A stretch of 64,000 bases of DNA from sequence record SRR2962707_781. The stretch is one strand, 5' to 3'. The translations under genes and the position numbers were made by a program. This document shows positions 37,323 through 46,166 of the stretch, piece after piece (positions within the stretch are counted from its first letter, which is position 1; each line of letters begins with the position of its first letter). The notes beneath the pieces were generated by a model that worked only from the letters and a program-made list of their open reading frames with translations, did not search any database and was not told the DNA's origin.

Positions 37323-39920
37323 TTATTCTTTCTTTCCACCAAATAACCCCAACTGGTTCTCCTCTTCCTCTACTTCACTCTTGATGGTATTCTTTATTGC
37401 ATCTAAATCTATCTCAGCCTTTTTAGGCTTTTCATCCTTGATCAAATCGACTGATATCACTTGCTGAACAGGTAGTTTATTCCCTATCGCTTTCCATCCT
37501 TTGATATCGATCAGGTTCATTAGGTCGAGTTTTTTCGTCTCGTGCTTGCGTCCGTCTTTGTACTTCACCTCAACATCCGTATCTATTCCCTTTGAGATAA
37601 ACACCAGCTTTGAGCTTCTGGCTTCTGTAACAAAGGAGAAACGCTTATCCGGCGTGTTCGTCTCAATAATAAAACGTTTCACGAAGTACGTTTTGCTCTC
37701 GCCATCATAATGAATTGCATTGAATGAAGTGTCTTCTTCAAGCTTGTAAATACCCATTAGACTATTAAAATCATAATGATTGGTCAGCTCAAAAGAGGTA
37801 GTCTCGTAAGAACCATCTTTGTAAAATGCAACGATCTGATCTTCGGACATAAAGTTGCCCAAATGTTCTCCACGCTCCTCCCGGTTCAGCCTTCCGACCG
37901 TAGGATCATACCAGATATCCACTCCTCCAAGCGTCGACTTACCTTCTTCCTTCAATACGATCTTGCGTACAGGGTACTTAGTCAGAATATTACCACCTGC
38001 TCCCCGGCCTTTGATTTCGAGCTCTGAAAAATCAAAGTCGAATACTTTCTTACGTGCCTTGCTAGCCTGGGTCAATGACACAGTCACAATCTCCGCCTCT
38101 CCATTCGGATTAGCTGTGAAATAATGCACTTTGGAGCCCTTGGCGCCTTTACTTTTTGTCAACTCATATTCACGGTCCCTGGTGACTGAAAGTACCTGAA
38201 ACCTCTTAACATATGTCTTGCCTGACTTTCCATCAACATAAGCCATATTATAGACCATGCGCTCATCATTCTTATTGAAAACGCCTGCATACAAGATGTC
38301 TTTTCCAACGAACACTTTATCCTGGATTTTTTTGACAACACACTTTCCGTCTCTGGTGAAGGCAATGATGTCATCAATATCAGAACACTCTCCAATGTAT
38401 TCGTCCTTTTTCAGGCCATACCCTACAAATCCATCCTGTCTGTTCACGTATAGCTTAGCGTTATTAGCAGCCACCACAGACACATTGATGGTATCGAAAT
38501 TCGTAATTTCTGTTTTACGCTCTCTACCTGCGCCATATTTATCCAGTAACTTCTGATAGTACTCAATTGCAAACTCTGTCAGGTGGTCCAGGCTATAGTT
38601 CACCTTTTCAATTTGCTCCTGAAGCTCCTTCATCTGGGTATCTACTTTGCTGGTATCAAAGCGCGTAATGCTACTCAGAGGTTTGTCGATCAGTCGTTTA
38701 TAGTCTTCATTGGTAATCTCCCGATAAAACTGATCAAAGAATGGAGTAAATAACGTATTCAATACCTCATAGCATTTCTGAAGATCTCCGGAATTCTCAT
38801 AATCAGGATGCTTATACATCCCTTCATTGATGAAGATCTTAAGTAAGTTGCTGAAGAAGATTTTCTCCTTTAATTCTGCTTTCTCAATCTCGAGCTCCTG
38901 TCGAAGCAGGTCGACTGTTTGCTCAACCGATTGTTTTAGAATGTCACTGATTCCAAGGAATTGAGGCTTATCATCTACGATCACACAGGCATTCGGTGAA
39001 ATGGACACCTCACAATCCGTGAATGCATACAAGGCGTCCATGGTGATATCAGGTGACGTACCGGGAGCCAGATTTACGAGTATTTCAATGTCTTTGGCCG
39101 TGTTGTCGATCACTTGCTTGACCTTGATCTTACCCTTATCATTCGCTTTTACGATCGATTCGATGAGCGAAGTGGTCGTGGTACCATATGGAATGTCCTT
39201 AATGACCAGGGTAGATTTATCTAGCTCTTCGATGACAGCCCTCACCCGTATTCTTCCACCTCTCTTTCCATCATTGTAATCCGTCGCATCGATCTTACCC
39301 CCTGTCTGGAAGTCAGGCAGCAGCTTTACCTTCTTACCCTTTAGCGTGGCAATACAGCCTTCCAGTATCTCACAGAAGTTGTGTGGTAGCATCTTGGTGG
39401 AAAGACCTACTGCAATACCTTCCACGCCCTGCGCAAGCAGCAATGGGAACTTCACCGGGAATGTTACAGGCTCTTTCTTACGTCCATCGTAGGAAAGCTG
39501 CCACTCAGTCGTTTGCGGATTGAAAAGCACCTCCAGCGCAAATTTGGAAAGCCTCGCTTCGATGTAACGAGGTGCTGCAGCTGAGTCTCCCGTACGCACA
39601 TCACCCCAGTTTCCCTGTGTGTCGATAAGTAAATCCTTTTGGCCCAGATTCACGATAGCATCTCCAATAGATGCATCTCCATGCGGGTGGTACTGCATGG
39701 CGCTACCAATGATGTTAGCGACCTTATTGTAGCGCCCATCATCCATCTCCTTCATGGCATGCAAAATCCTTCTTTGCACGGGCTTTAATCCATCATTAAT
39801 TGCCGGGACAGCCCTTTCCAGAATTACATATGATGCATAATCCAGAAACCAGTTTTCATACATCCCCGATATCGGGATTACATCATGAATTTCCTCTTCG
39901 TTTTCGTGTTCTTCTCCCAT
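37323..39920 (-). CDS. parC: DNA topoisomerase IV subunit A
   Basis: DYASYVILERA, DGLKPVQRR, YHPHGDAS, AAPRYIEARL (catalytic Tyr); Bacteroidota ParC-type C-terminus. Confidence 0.92.
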   Translation of the reverse strand: MGEEHENEEEIHDVIPISGMYENWFLDYASYVILERAVPAINDGLKPVQRRILHAMKEMDDGRYNKVANIIGSAMQYHPHGDASIGDAIVNLGQKDLLIDTQGNWGDVRTGDSAAAPRYIEARLSKFALEVLFNPQTTEWQLSYDGRKKEPVTFPVKFPLLLAQGVEGIAVGLSTKMLPHNFCEILEGCIATLKGKKVKLLPDFQTGGKIDATDYNDGKRGGRIRVRAVIEELDKSTLVIKDIPYGTTTTSLIESIVKANDKGKIKVKQVIDNTAKDIEILVNLAPGTSPDITMDALYAFTDCEVSISPNACVIVDDKPQFLGISDILKQSVEQTVDLLRQELEIEKAELKEKIFFSNLLKIFINEGMYKHPDYENSGDLQKCYEVLNTLFTPFFDQFYREITNEDYKRLIDKPLSSITRFDTSKVDTQMKELQEQIEKVNYSLDHLTEFAIEYYQKLLDKYGAGRERKTEITNFDTINVSVVAANNAKLYVNRQDGFVGYGLKKDEYIGECSDIDDIIAFTRDGKCVVKKIQDKVFVGKDILYAGVFNKNDERMVYNMAYVDGKSGKTYVKRFQVLSVTRDREYELTKSKGAKGSKVHYFTANPNGEAEIVTVSLTQASKARKKVFDFDFSELEIKGRGAGGNILTKYPVRKIVLKEEGKSTLGGVDIWYDPTVGRLNREERGEHLGNFMSEDQIVAFYKDGSYETTSFELTNHYDFNSLMGIYKLEEDTSFNAIHYDGESKTYFVKRFIIETNTPDKRFSFVTEARSSKLVFISKGIDTDVEVKYKDGRKHETKKLDLMNLIDIKGWKAIGNKLPVQQVISVDLIKDEKPKKAEIDLDAIKNTIKSEVEEEENQLGLFGGKKE

Positions 39921-40238
39921 TTAAAAACAATATTGACTTATTAGGTAATAACCAATTACAATTAATACTGAGACTAGATTCCCAACCAGGAAGTAGTCAT
40001 TTGATATCTTATCATCGTCCTTCAAGCGGGTGGCAATCTTCAATGCTCCATAGAAAGCCAGCCCCTGTGGTAAATTCACAATCAGAATAATGAACAAAAA
40101 TGCCCTTTCTAATGCGCCTCTTAACACACTGCTCAATGTCAGCTTCTTCTGAAACATCATCGTGATCAGGAAGAAGACCAGCAAAGCGGCCAGCTCTCCC
40201 ACAACATAGATGGCGATATGTATGAGGTTCTTATCCAT
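39921..40238 (-). CDS. Small 3-TM membrane protein, SatE/DUF3307-like C-terminal part
   Basis: GALERAFLF...LAFYGALKIATR...DYFLVGNLVS pattern; overlaps the SatD-family gene by 8 nt. Confidence 0.7.
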   Translation of the reverse strand: MDKNLIHIAIYVVGELAALLVFFLITMMFQKKLTLSSVLRGALERAFLFIILIVNLPQGLAFYGALKIATRLKDDDKISNDYFLVGNLVSVLIVIGYYLISQYCF

Positions 40239-40857
40239 TGACCAAGTGATGTATAAGGTCCTTACACAACAGATACTCGTCTATAGCGAGACTTTTCCTT
40301 CTTCTCCAAAGCGTTGACTCATCCTTTTGCTGAATCTTAGCTAAAGCCTTGTAGTCATGTCCCTGTAGAAATCCGGATACTGTACTCCTGTCTTTCGGAT
40401 GCCAGCTATCGATGAAATGCTGTGTTACCTTCATCATTTTGTTGATGGCTGTTGATGATTTTGTAGAGACGTAAAACCGACCAGTGTCCTTCTTCATCTC
40501 GTTCAGCCTCTTCCTGGCGTTTGTGAGTCCAGAACCAAGCATTTCATACGCTTTCTCTGGGTTAACTTCTGTTTCTACCACACCTTCGTACAGTACATAC
40601 CTAAGCTTAAAATCAAACTCTTCCTCCAGGATGTATTCTTCCATGGCTAGTATGATGTCTATTCCAGCTATCGCCGAGGAAACAATCCCCTGAAATTCAT
40701 CACCAAGTGTTATTGTTAGCGGTGATTCGATGGACTCACTATAAATTTTATTGGTGTAGCTCACCAGCACTTGAAAGTCAGCCATAAGCTCCTGGCCATC
40801 TTTTTCGTGACTACCAACCACATCTGCCATCAATATGAATCGCTTATTTGCTGTCAT
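40231..40857 (-). CDS. SatD-family protein (cyclase-like palm motifs plus C-terminal HTH)
   Basis: ILMADVVGS, TITLGDEFQG, G.G...AR..L, and C-terminal YKALAKIQQKDESTLWRR HTH-like segment. Confidence 0.82.
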   Translation of the reverse strand: MTANKRFILMADVVGSHEKDGQELMADFQVLVSYTNKIYSESIESPLTITLGDEFQGIVSSAIAGIDIILAMEEYILEEEFDFKLRYVLYEGVVETEVNPEKAYEMLGSGLTNARKRLNEMKKDTGRFYVSTKSSTAINKMMKVTQHFIDSWHPKDRSTVSGFLQGHDYKALAKIQQKDESTLWRRRKSLAIDEYLLCKDLIHHLVNG

Positions 40858-40875
40858 TATACAAGATCTAATTTA

Positions 40876-40920
40876 TTGCATTTTTTTTACAAAAAATCAT
40901 TTTTTGCATAATTTCTACAA
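40876..40920. promoter_or_regulatory. Tandem imperfect palindromes TTGCA-N7-TACAA (x2), candidate SatD operator
   Basis: 40876-40892 and 40904-40920, 28-bp period, filling the 63-bp gap upstream of the SatD gene. Confidence 0.55.
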
Positions 40921-41421
40921 TTAATTACTTGGTAAGGATCGATCAAACCCTATTTGTTCTTTATACTCTTGATGTGCTTTTCGAACATATGAACGGATTC
41001 GGTTCAATTCTGCGTCTATCCGCTTATAATTAAAAGGATACCAAATAGATGGTTTACAGACAATTTCATCACCAAACTGATCATGCTGATAAAGTTTAAA
41101 CTTATAAAGGCCGTCTAGACTAACGATTTCCACATCTTTCACCAGGTGATACGGAATTTGAATTTCATACTCGTTCTCTTTTACGTACAGGTTTTCCTTA
41201 TCATAGGAAACCTCTTTTATTTGACGAATAAACTTGGATAAGGACGGATACCAATAAAAAATCATCAACCCGACATAAAGAAGCGCAAAAAGAATACCCA
41301 TCAATCCCGTTCTTGTTGCGTATATAATGACATAGAAAAGGAATAGAGAGGATACAAATCCAATCACTACACCTTTGTAGATCTTCACCGATTTTATCGA
41401 TAACGACTTTGATCGTTCCAT
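40921..41421 (-). CDS. Hypothetical membrane protein (2 TM plus soluble PH-like C-terminus)
   Basis: Two hydrophobic helices then V.YDKENLYV...IQIPY..VKDVE; start overlaps the parE stop. Confidence 0.7.
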   Translation of the reverse strand: MERSKSLSIKSVKIYKGVVIGFVSSLFLFYVIIYATRTGLMGILFALLYVGLMIFYWYPSLSKFIRQIKEVSYDKENLYVKENEYEIQIPYHLVKDVEIVSLDGLYKFKLYQHDQFGDEIVCKPSIWYPFNYKRIDAELNRIRSYVRKAHQEYKEQIGFDRSLPSN

Positions 41422-43298
41422 CAGGCCGCCTCAACTTCTTTTTCTACCTCTTTCACCAGGTCTTTCTCTACCCTGAGCTTATCAATAATGAATTGCTGAC
41501 GGTCAGGGGTATTTTTACCCATGTAGAATGTGAGCAGGTCGTTGATGCTGGTATCCTTCTGCAGGATCACCGGGTCTAAACGAATATCGTCACCGATAAA
41601 ACCAGCAAACTCATCCGGACTAATCTCTCCTAACCCTTTAAATCGGGTGATTTCCGGTTTCCCTCCCAGCTTCGCAATGGCATTTCTTCGCTCTCCCTCC
41701 GAATAGCAGTAGATGGTTTCTTTTTTGTTTCTCACCCTGAATAGAGGTGTATCCAAAATGAAGATGTGGTTATTTCTCACCAGCTCGGGGAAAAACTGTA
41801 GAAAGTAGGTCAATAGCAGCAAACGAATGTGCATACCATCAACATCCGCATCTGTAGCAATCACGATCTTGCGATAGCGCAATCCTTCCAATCCATCCTC
41901 GATATTTAGCGCATGCTGCAAGAGGTTAAACTCTTCATTTTCATAAACCACCTTCTTGGTATGCCCAAAGCAATTAAACGGCTTACCACGAAGTGAGAAC
42001 ACAGCTTGTGTCTGTACATCCCTTGATTTGGTGATGGATCCACTGGCTGAGTCTCCCTCGGTGATAAAGATCATTGTATCGTTCTTCTTTTCTTCATCTC
42101 CTTTCTTGTCGTTGAAGTGAATACGACAATCTCGTAGTTTCTTATTGTGCAGGTTGGCTTTCTTGGCTCGCTCATTGGCCAGCTTCTTAATCCCTGCAAT
42201 CTCTTTCCGCTCACGCTCCGATTGTTGGATACGTTTCAGTAGCGCATCGGCTGTTTCAGAATGACGGTGAAGAAAATTATCCAATTGGTTCTTAATGAAA
42301 TCATTCACAAACGTTCGCATGGTCGGTCCATCAGGGCCTACACTTTGTGAACCAAGCTTCGTTTTGGTTTGGCTTTCAAAGACCGGTTCCTGCACCCTAA
42401 CCGCAATAGCTCCAACAATCGCAGACCGTACATCTGCAGCATCAAAGCTCTTTCCATAAAACTCTCTAATGGTTTTGACCAACGCCTCTCTCAATGCAGC
42501 AAGGTGAGTCCCTCCCTGCGTCGTATACTGACCATTGACAAATGAGTAGTATTCTTCACCATATTGATTTGCATGAGTAAGCGCCACCTCAATATCTTCT
42601 CCCTTTAAATGGATGATCGGATACCTGATATTTTCCGCATCCGTCTTTCGATCAAGAAGGTCTTTTAGTCCATTTTCCGAATGATACTTCTTATTATTCA
42701 GAACAATGGTAAGTCCGGAGTTCAGGTAGGCATAATTCCACATCAGGTTATCCAGGTACTCCGGAATGAAATGATAGTTTTTAAAAACCGAATCGTCCGG
42801 CTCGAAGATAATCTGAGTACCATTGCGACCTTCTTCTTTTGTAACCTTCGCATCGTTGGTGATCTCTCCTCGCTCAAACTCCGCAATCTTCGTTTCACCA
42901 TCCCGGTAACTCTGCACCTTGAAATAATTTGATAGCGCATTCACCGCTTTGGTACCCACACCATTCAGGCCTACAGATTTTTGAAAAGCACCCGAATCAT
43001 ACTTACCTCCGGTGTTAATCTTACTCACACAATCCACCACCTTACCGAGCGGAATACCTCGTCCATAATCCCGTACGGTAACCCGGTGATCCGTTACTTT
43101 CACTTCGATGGTTCGACCATGTCCCATCATGTGTTCATCAATGCTATTGTCGATGATCTCCTTTACCAATACATAAATACCATCGTCCGGTGAGCTACCA
43201 TCGCCCAACTTCCCAATGTACATACCAGGTCTCAGCCTGATATGCTCCTTCCAGTCTAGTGACTTAATACTATCCTCGGTATAAATCGCTTCAGCCAT
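41421..43298 (-). CDS. parE: DNA topoisomerase IV subunit B
   Basis: [64 protein letters not shown]; short (625 aa). Confidence 0.92.
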   Translation of the reverse strand: MAEAIYTEDSIKSLDWKEHIRLRPGMYIGKLGDGSSPDDGIYVLVKEIIDNSIDEHMMGHGRTIEVKVTDHRVTVRDYGRGIPLGKVVDCVSKINTGGKYDSGAFQKSVGLNGVGTKAVNALSNYFKVQSYRDGETKIAEFERGEITNDAKVTKEEGRNGTQIIFEPDDSVFKNYHFIPEYLDNLMWNYAYLNSGLTIVLNNKKYHSENGLKDLLDRKTDAENIRYPIIHLKGEDIEVALTHANQYGEEYYSFVNGQYTTQGGTHLAALREALVKTIREFYGKSFDAADVRSAIVGAIAVRVQEPVFESQTKTKLGSQSVGPDGPTMRTFVNDFIKNQLDNFLHRHSETADALLKRIQQSERERKEIAGIKKLANERAKKANLHNKKLRDCRIHFNDKKGDEEKKNDTMIFITEGDSASGSITKSRDVQTQAVFSLRGKPFNCFGHTKKVVYENEEFNLLQHALNIEDGLEGLRYRKIVIATDADVDGMHIRLLLLTYFLQFFPELVRNNHIFILDTPLFRVRNKKETIYCYSEGERRNAIAKLGGKPEITRFKGLGEISPDEFAGFIGDDIRLDPVILQKDTSINDLLTFYMGKNTPDRQQFIIDKLRVEKDLVKEVEKEVEAA

Positions 43299-43434
43299 TC
43301 AATAAAGTCGTTAAGAATGATATAATATTCGCTAATCCAAAGTAATCATAAAAATCCAATACTTACACGTAACAACCTAACCCTTTCGAGTAGTTTTACT
43401 TGAAATAAGTCAATTTAAAAAGCTGATATTGAGC

Positions 43435-43857
43435 CTATTGCTTGCTCTTTTTTACGAATAAAAAAATCAAACCAGTTGCCCAAATAAGTAAAAGAGCAGG
43501 ACCTAAATAAGTAAGATAGGCATAGTCTCCCGGGTTGATGTGTGTAGAGTTATTAAGCACACCTATAAAGCCGACGATCGTTGTGAAATAGAAATTCAGA
43601 ATAAACACAATAGATCTGGACCAGGCAGAAATCTCCTCACTCATGTTTTTAGTTGCATAGCTAGTAGCCACCTTTAATGCGATATTCAACACCATAAATG
43701 CCCCGAAGAAATAGTAGAAAAAGTGCTGCTTATGAAGCTGCTTAACTCCCTCGATCTCCATGTCTACTGATATGGGGAGATAGGCATATACCAGCAGGAA
43801 GATGGCTGAAAAAAGGAGAATGGAAAATCGGTTAAGAACTTTGATCGCTTTTGTCAT
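43435..43857 (-). CDS. Hypothetical 4-TM membrane protein
   Basis: 140 aa hydrophobic ORF with a TAGATTTG -7 element just upstream. Confidence 0.75.
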   Translation of the reverse strand: MTKAIKVLNRFSILLFSAIFLLVYAYLPISVDMEIEGVKQLHKQHFFYYFFGAFMVLNIALKVATSYATKNMSEEISAWSRSIVFILNFYFTTIVGFIGVLNNSTHINPGDYAYLTYLGPALLLIWATGLIFLFVKKSKQ

Positions 43858-43861
43858 GTCG

Positions 43862-43910
43862 CAAATCTAAACAGCACTTGAAGATATGTTCTATCCAATG
43901 AGTAATTTTG
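43862..43910. promoter_or_regulatory. Back-to-back Bacteroidota -7 elements
   Basis: TAGATTTG on minus (43862-43869) and TAATTTTG on plus (43903-43910), each 3-4 nt before an ATG. Confidence 0.55.
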
Positions 43911-43913
43911 AAT

Positions 43914-45116
43914 ATGAACTTTGATCCGGTCATTCTTTCCATCCCCCTTTACTTTACCCTCATCGGGCTGGAGTTGCTTTATCAGCTTTTTAAGAAAGTC
44001 AAAGTATACCGAACGAACGATGCAATCTCTAACATCAGCTGTGGGATTTCCTCTCAGGTGACCAATGCACTTTGGGGTGTTTTATCCATAGGAATGTACC
44101 AATTTGTCTACGAATTTGGCAGGATTGCAACCATGCCTAATGTTTGGTGGAGCTACCTCCTACTCTTCGTGCTTGTTGATTTAATGTACTATTGGTTTCA
44201 TCGCGCCAGTCATGAAATCAATTTTTTATGGAACACTGCACATGTGGTACACCACCAAAGTGAAGACTACAATCTCTCCGTTGCATTGAGACAGGCTTCC
44301 TTCGGGGGCGCATTCGCTATGGTCTTTTACTTACCCCTGGCTCTCATTGGTTTCAATGCTTATGCGTTTTTGACAGTAAAAGGAATAAATCTGATTTATC
44401 AATTCTGGATTCATACTGAAGCAATCAACAAGATGCCGAAATGGTTTGAATATGTATTTAATACCCCATCCCATCATCGGGTCCATCACGGCAGAAACCC
44501 CAAATACATCGACAAGAATCACGCAGGCACGTTGATGATTTGGGATCGGATGTTTGGTACTTTCCAGCATGAAGAAGAAAAACCCACCTACGGGGTGACC
44601 AAACCTACCAACACATGGAATCCGGTTTGGGCGAACGTACTGCCCATTGTTGATATGACCAATCAGGTAAAGACGACCCCCGGCTTTTGGAATAAGCTCA
44701 AAGTCCTTTTCTACAAGCCAGGCTGGCAACCTGTTGAATTAGGAGGTTATCAGATGGCGCCTGAAGTAAATAAAAAGACCTATCGTAAGTTTGATGTGCA
44801 TCCACATATGCCGATGATCCGATATGTGTTCGTTCAATTTATTTTGATATTAGGTTTTGCTTCTTTATTCCTCTATACACAATCCAATTACATGCTTGAG
44901 ATCAAGCTAGCCATGGCCGGATTCATCATGTGGTCCATTGCGCAGCTGGGTATTTTGATGGAAAATCGGAAAAGCTGGATTGCATCGGAATACATCAGGC
45001 TAATAGCTTCAGCAGTGCTCATCATTTTCTTGATGGAAGGAATAACCTCCTACCTGATTGCAGGAGGATTTGTAATACTTTTTGGTTTGTGGCTTAAGGG
45101 TGCTTCAAAAGCATAG
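43914..45116 (+). CDS. Sterol desaturase / fatty-acid hydroxylase family protein (alkylglycerol-monooxygenase-like)
   Basis: His boxes YYWFHRASH, HVVHHQSE, WIHTE, HHRVHH; YIDKN, WDRMFGTF; start ATG 43914. Confidence 0.9.
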   Translation: MNFDPVILSIPLYFTLIGLELLYQLFKKVKVYRTNDAISNISCGISSQVTNALWGVLSIGMYQFVYEFGRIATMPNVWWSYLLLFVLVDLMYYWFHRASHEINFLWNTAHVVHHQSEDYNLSVALRQASFGGAFAMVFYLPLALIGFNAYAFLTVKGINLIYQFWIHTEAINKMPKWFEYVFNTPSHHRVHHGRNPKYIDKNHAGTLMIWDRMFGTFQHEEEKPTYGVTKPTNTWNPVWANVLPIVDMTNQVKTTPGFWNKLKVLFYKPGWQPVELGGYQMAPEVNKKTYRKFDVHPHMPMIRYVFVQFILILGFASLFLYTQSNYMLEIKLAMAGFIMWSIAQLGILMENRKSWIASEYIRLIASAVLIIFLMEGITSYLIAGGFVILFGLWLKGASKA

Positions 45117-45120
45117 CAAC

Positions 45121-45148
45121 CCCTGTTAGGGTTCAAACCCTAACAGGG
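45121..45148. repeat. Perfect palindrome (REP-like element or bidirectional terminator)
   Basis: CCCTGTTAGGGTT-ca-AACCCTAACAGGG between convergent genes; no T-tract. Confidence 0.7.
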
Positions 45149-45154
45149 TATTTA

Positions 45155-45676
45155 TCAGTCAACCACCTTATCATAATACCCTTCCCATTCCATATGCATA
45201 CTCCAAAAGCCTTTTGGGTCTCGGTTGCTCATACGATCAACCAGGATATCTAAATGCGTATGCCATCCGGCGAACGTTCCTATACGGGCATCTCGGTCTC
45301 GATTCAGGTTTGAGTGGGTTAAGGTCAACAACACCTTATCCCCTTGTTCCTCCAGTTTAAAAGCGACTTCTCCTCCCTCCCAGCCGATCACAAGAAGATG
45401 GGGAGCATCGTAGGTAAGCACATCCGCCATGGATGTCATTCCCTCTTTTAAGTTTTCATACTTTTCCGGGTACACTTCTTCTTCAGGGGACAGCCGATCG
45501 TGTTTGAATTGATACTCCACTTTTCCTCCTGCGACCGTGTCCATGGGTCCTCCAGCAAACCACAAAGCTCGTTTGTCTGCATCAGTCAGGTATTCCCATA
45601 CACGCTCAATAGGTCCCGGTAAAAGTCGCTCAAATCGCAATGTATGATCTTCGATCAATTTTCCGTATTTATCCAT
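45155..45676 (-). CDS. SRPBCC/AHA1-like (START-fold) protein
   Basis: LRFERLLPGPIERVWEYLTD...W and GWHTHLD; start ATG 45676 overlapping the ArsR stop. Confidence 0.88.
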   Translation of the reverse strand: MDKYGKLIEDHTLRFERLLPGPIERVWEYLTDADKRALWFAGGPMDTVAGGKVEYQFKHDRLSPEEEVYPEKYENLKEGMTSMADVLTYDAPHLLVIGWEGGEVAFKLEEQGDKVLLTLTHSNLNRDRDARIGTFAGWHTHLDILVDRMSNRDPKGFWSMHMEWEGYYDKVVD

Positions 45677-46001
45677 TGTTATGTAAGTTATTGTTGTCTT
45701 CTTCTTTGAGTAAAGATTCCAATTTGTCCAGGCTGTTATTCCAGAAACGACGATACTGATGTACCCAGAGTGCAATCTCCCCCAGCTTCTGCAGGTTGGC
45801 ATGGCAATAGCGTTCTCGTCCTTGCTTTACGGTAGATACCAGCCCACATTCCTTAAGGATTTTCACATGCTTTGATACAGCGGGTCTGCTCATCTTAAAG
45901 TTATCGGCCAGTTCATTTACATTTCGTGGTTGTTCGGAAAGGATGTCCAATATCCCTCTCCGGGTTGGATCTGCTACCGCCTGAAATACATCTCGTCGCA
46001 T
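45669..46001 (-). CDS. ArsR/SmtB-family transcriptional regulator
   Basis: MRRDVFQAVADPTRR, SRPAVSKHVKIL..GLV, GRER, W...LD.L; start ATG 46001. Confidence 0.92.
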   Translation of the reverse strand: MRRDVFQAVADPTRRGILDILSEQPRNVNELADNFKMSRPAVSKHVKILKECGLVSTVKQGRERYCHANLQKLGEIALWVHQYRRFWNNSLDKLESLLKEEDNNNLHNNG

Positions 46002-46006
46002 AATTG

Positions 46007-46052
46007 GTAACCTTTTGGTTACAAGTATACTAAAAAGAAACCAAATGGTTAC
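46007..46052. promoter_or_regulatory. Tandem ArsR operator palindromes G(T/A)AACC-N4-GGTTAC
   Basis: GTAACC-tttt-GGTTAC at 46007-46022 and GAAACC-aaat-GGTTAC at 46037-46052, 30-bp period, directly upstream of arsR. Confidence 0.75.
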
Positions 46053-46166
46053 GTTTACTTGAAAAAACACTTTAAACCACAGCTAAATTATCTCGAACAT
46101 AGCCTAATGAAATTCAGCGTTTCCATCGAGACATTCAACTATACATCATGATTGGTAATACTTACC

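Noticed and set aside
39640..39700. ParC QRDR reads HPHGDAS (Ala at the Ser80/83-equivalent position), suggesting quinolone resistance
   Set aside because: To my knowledge this is the usual Bacteroidota ParC sequence, not an acquired mutation
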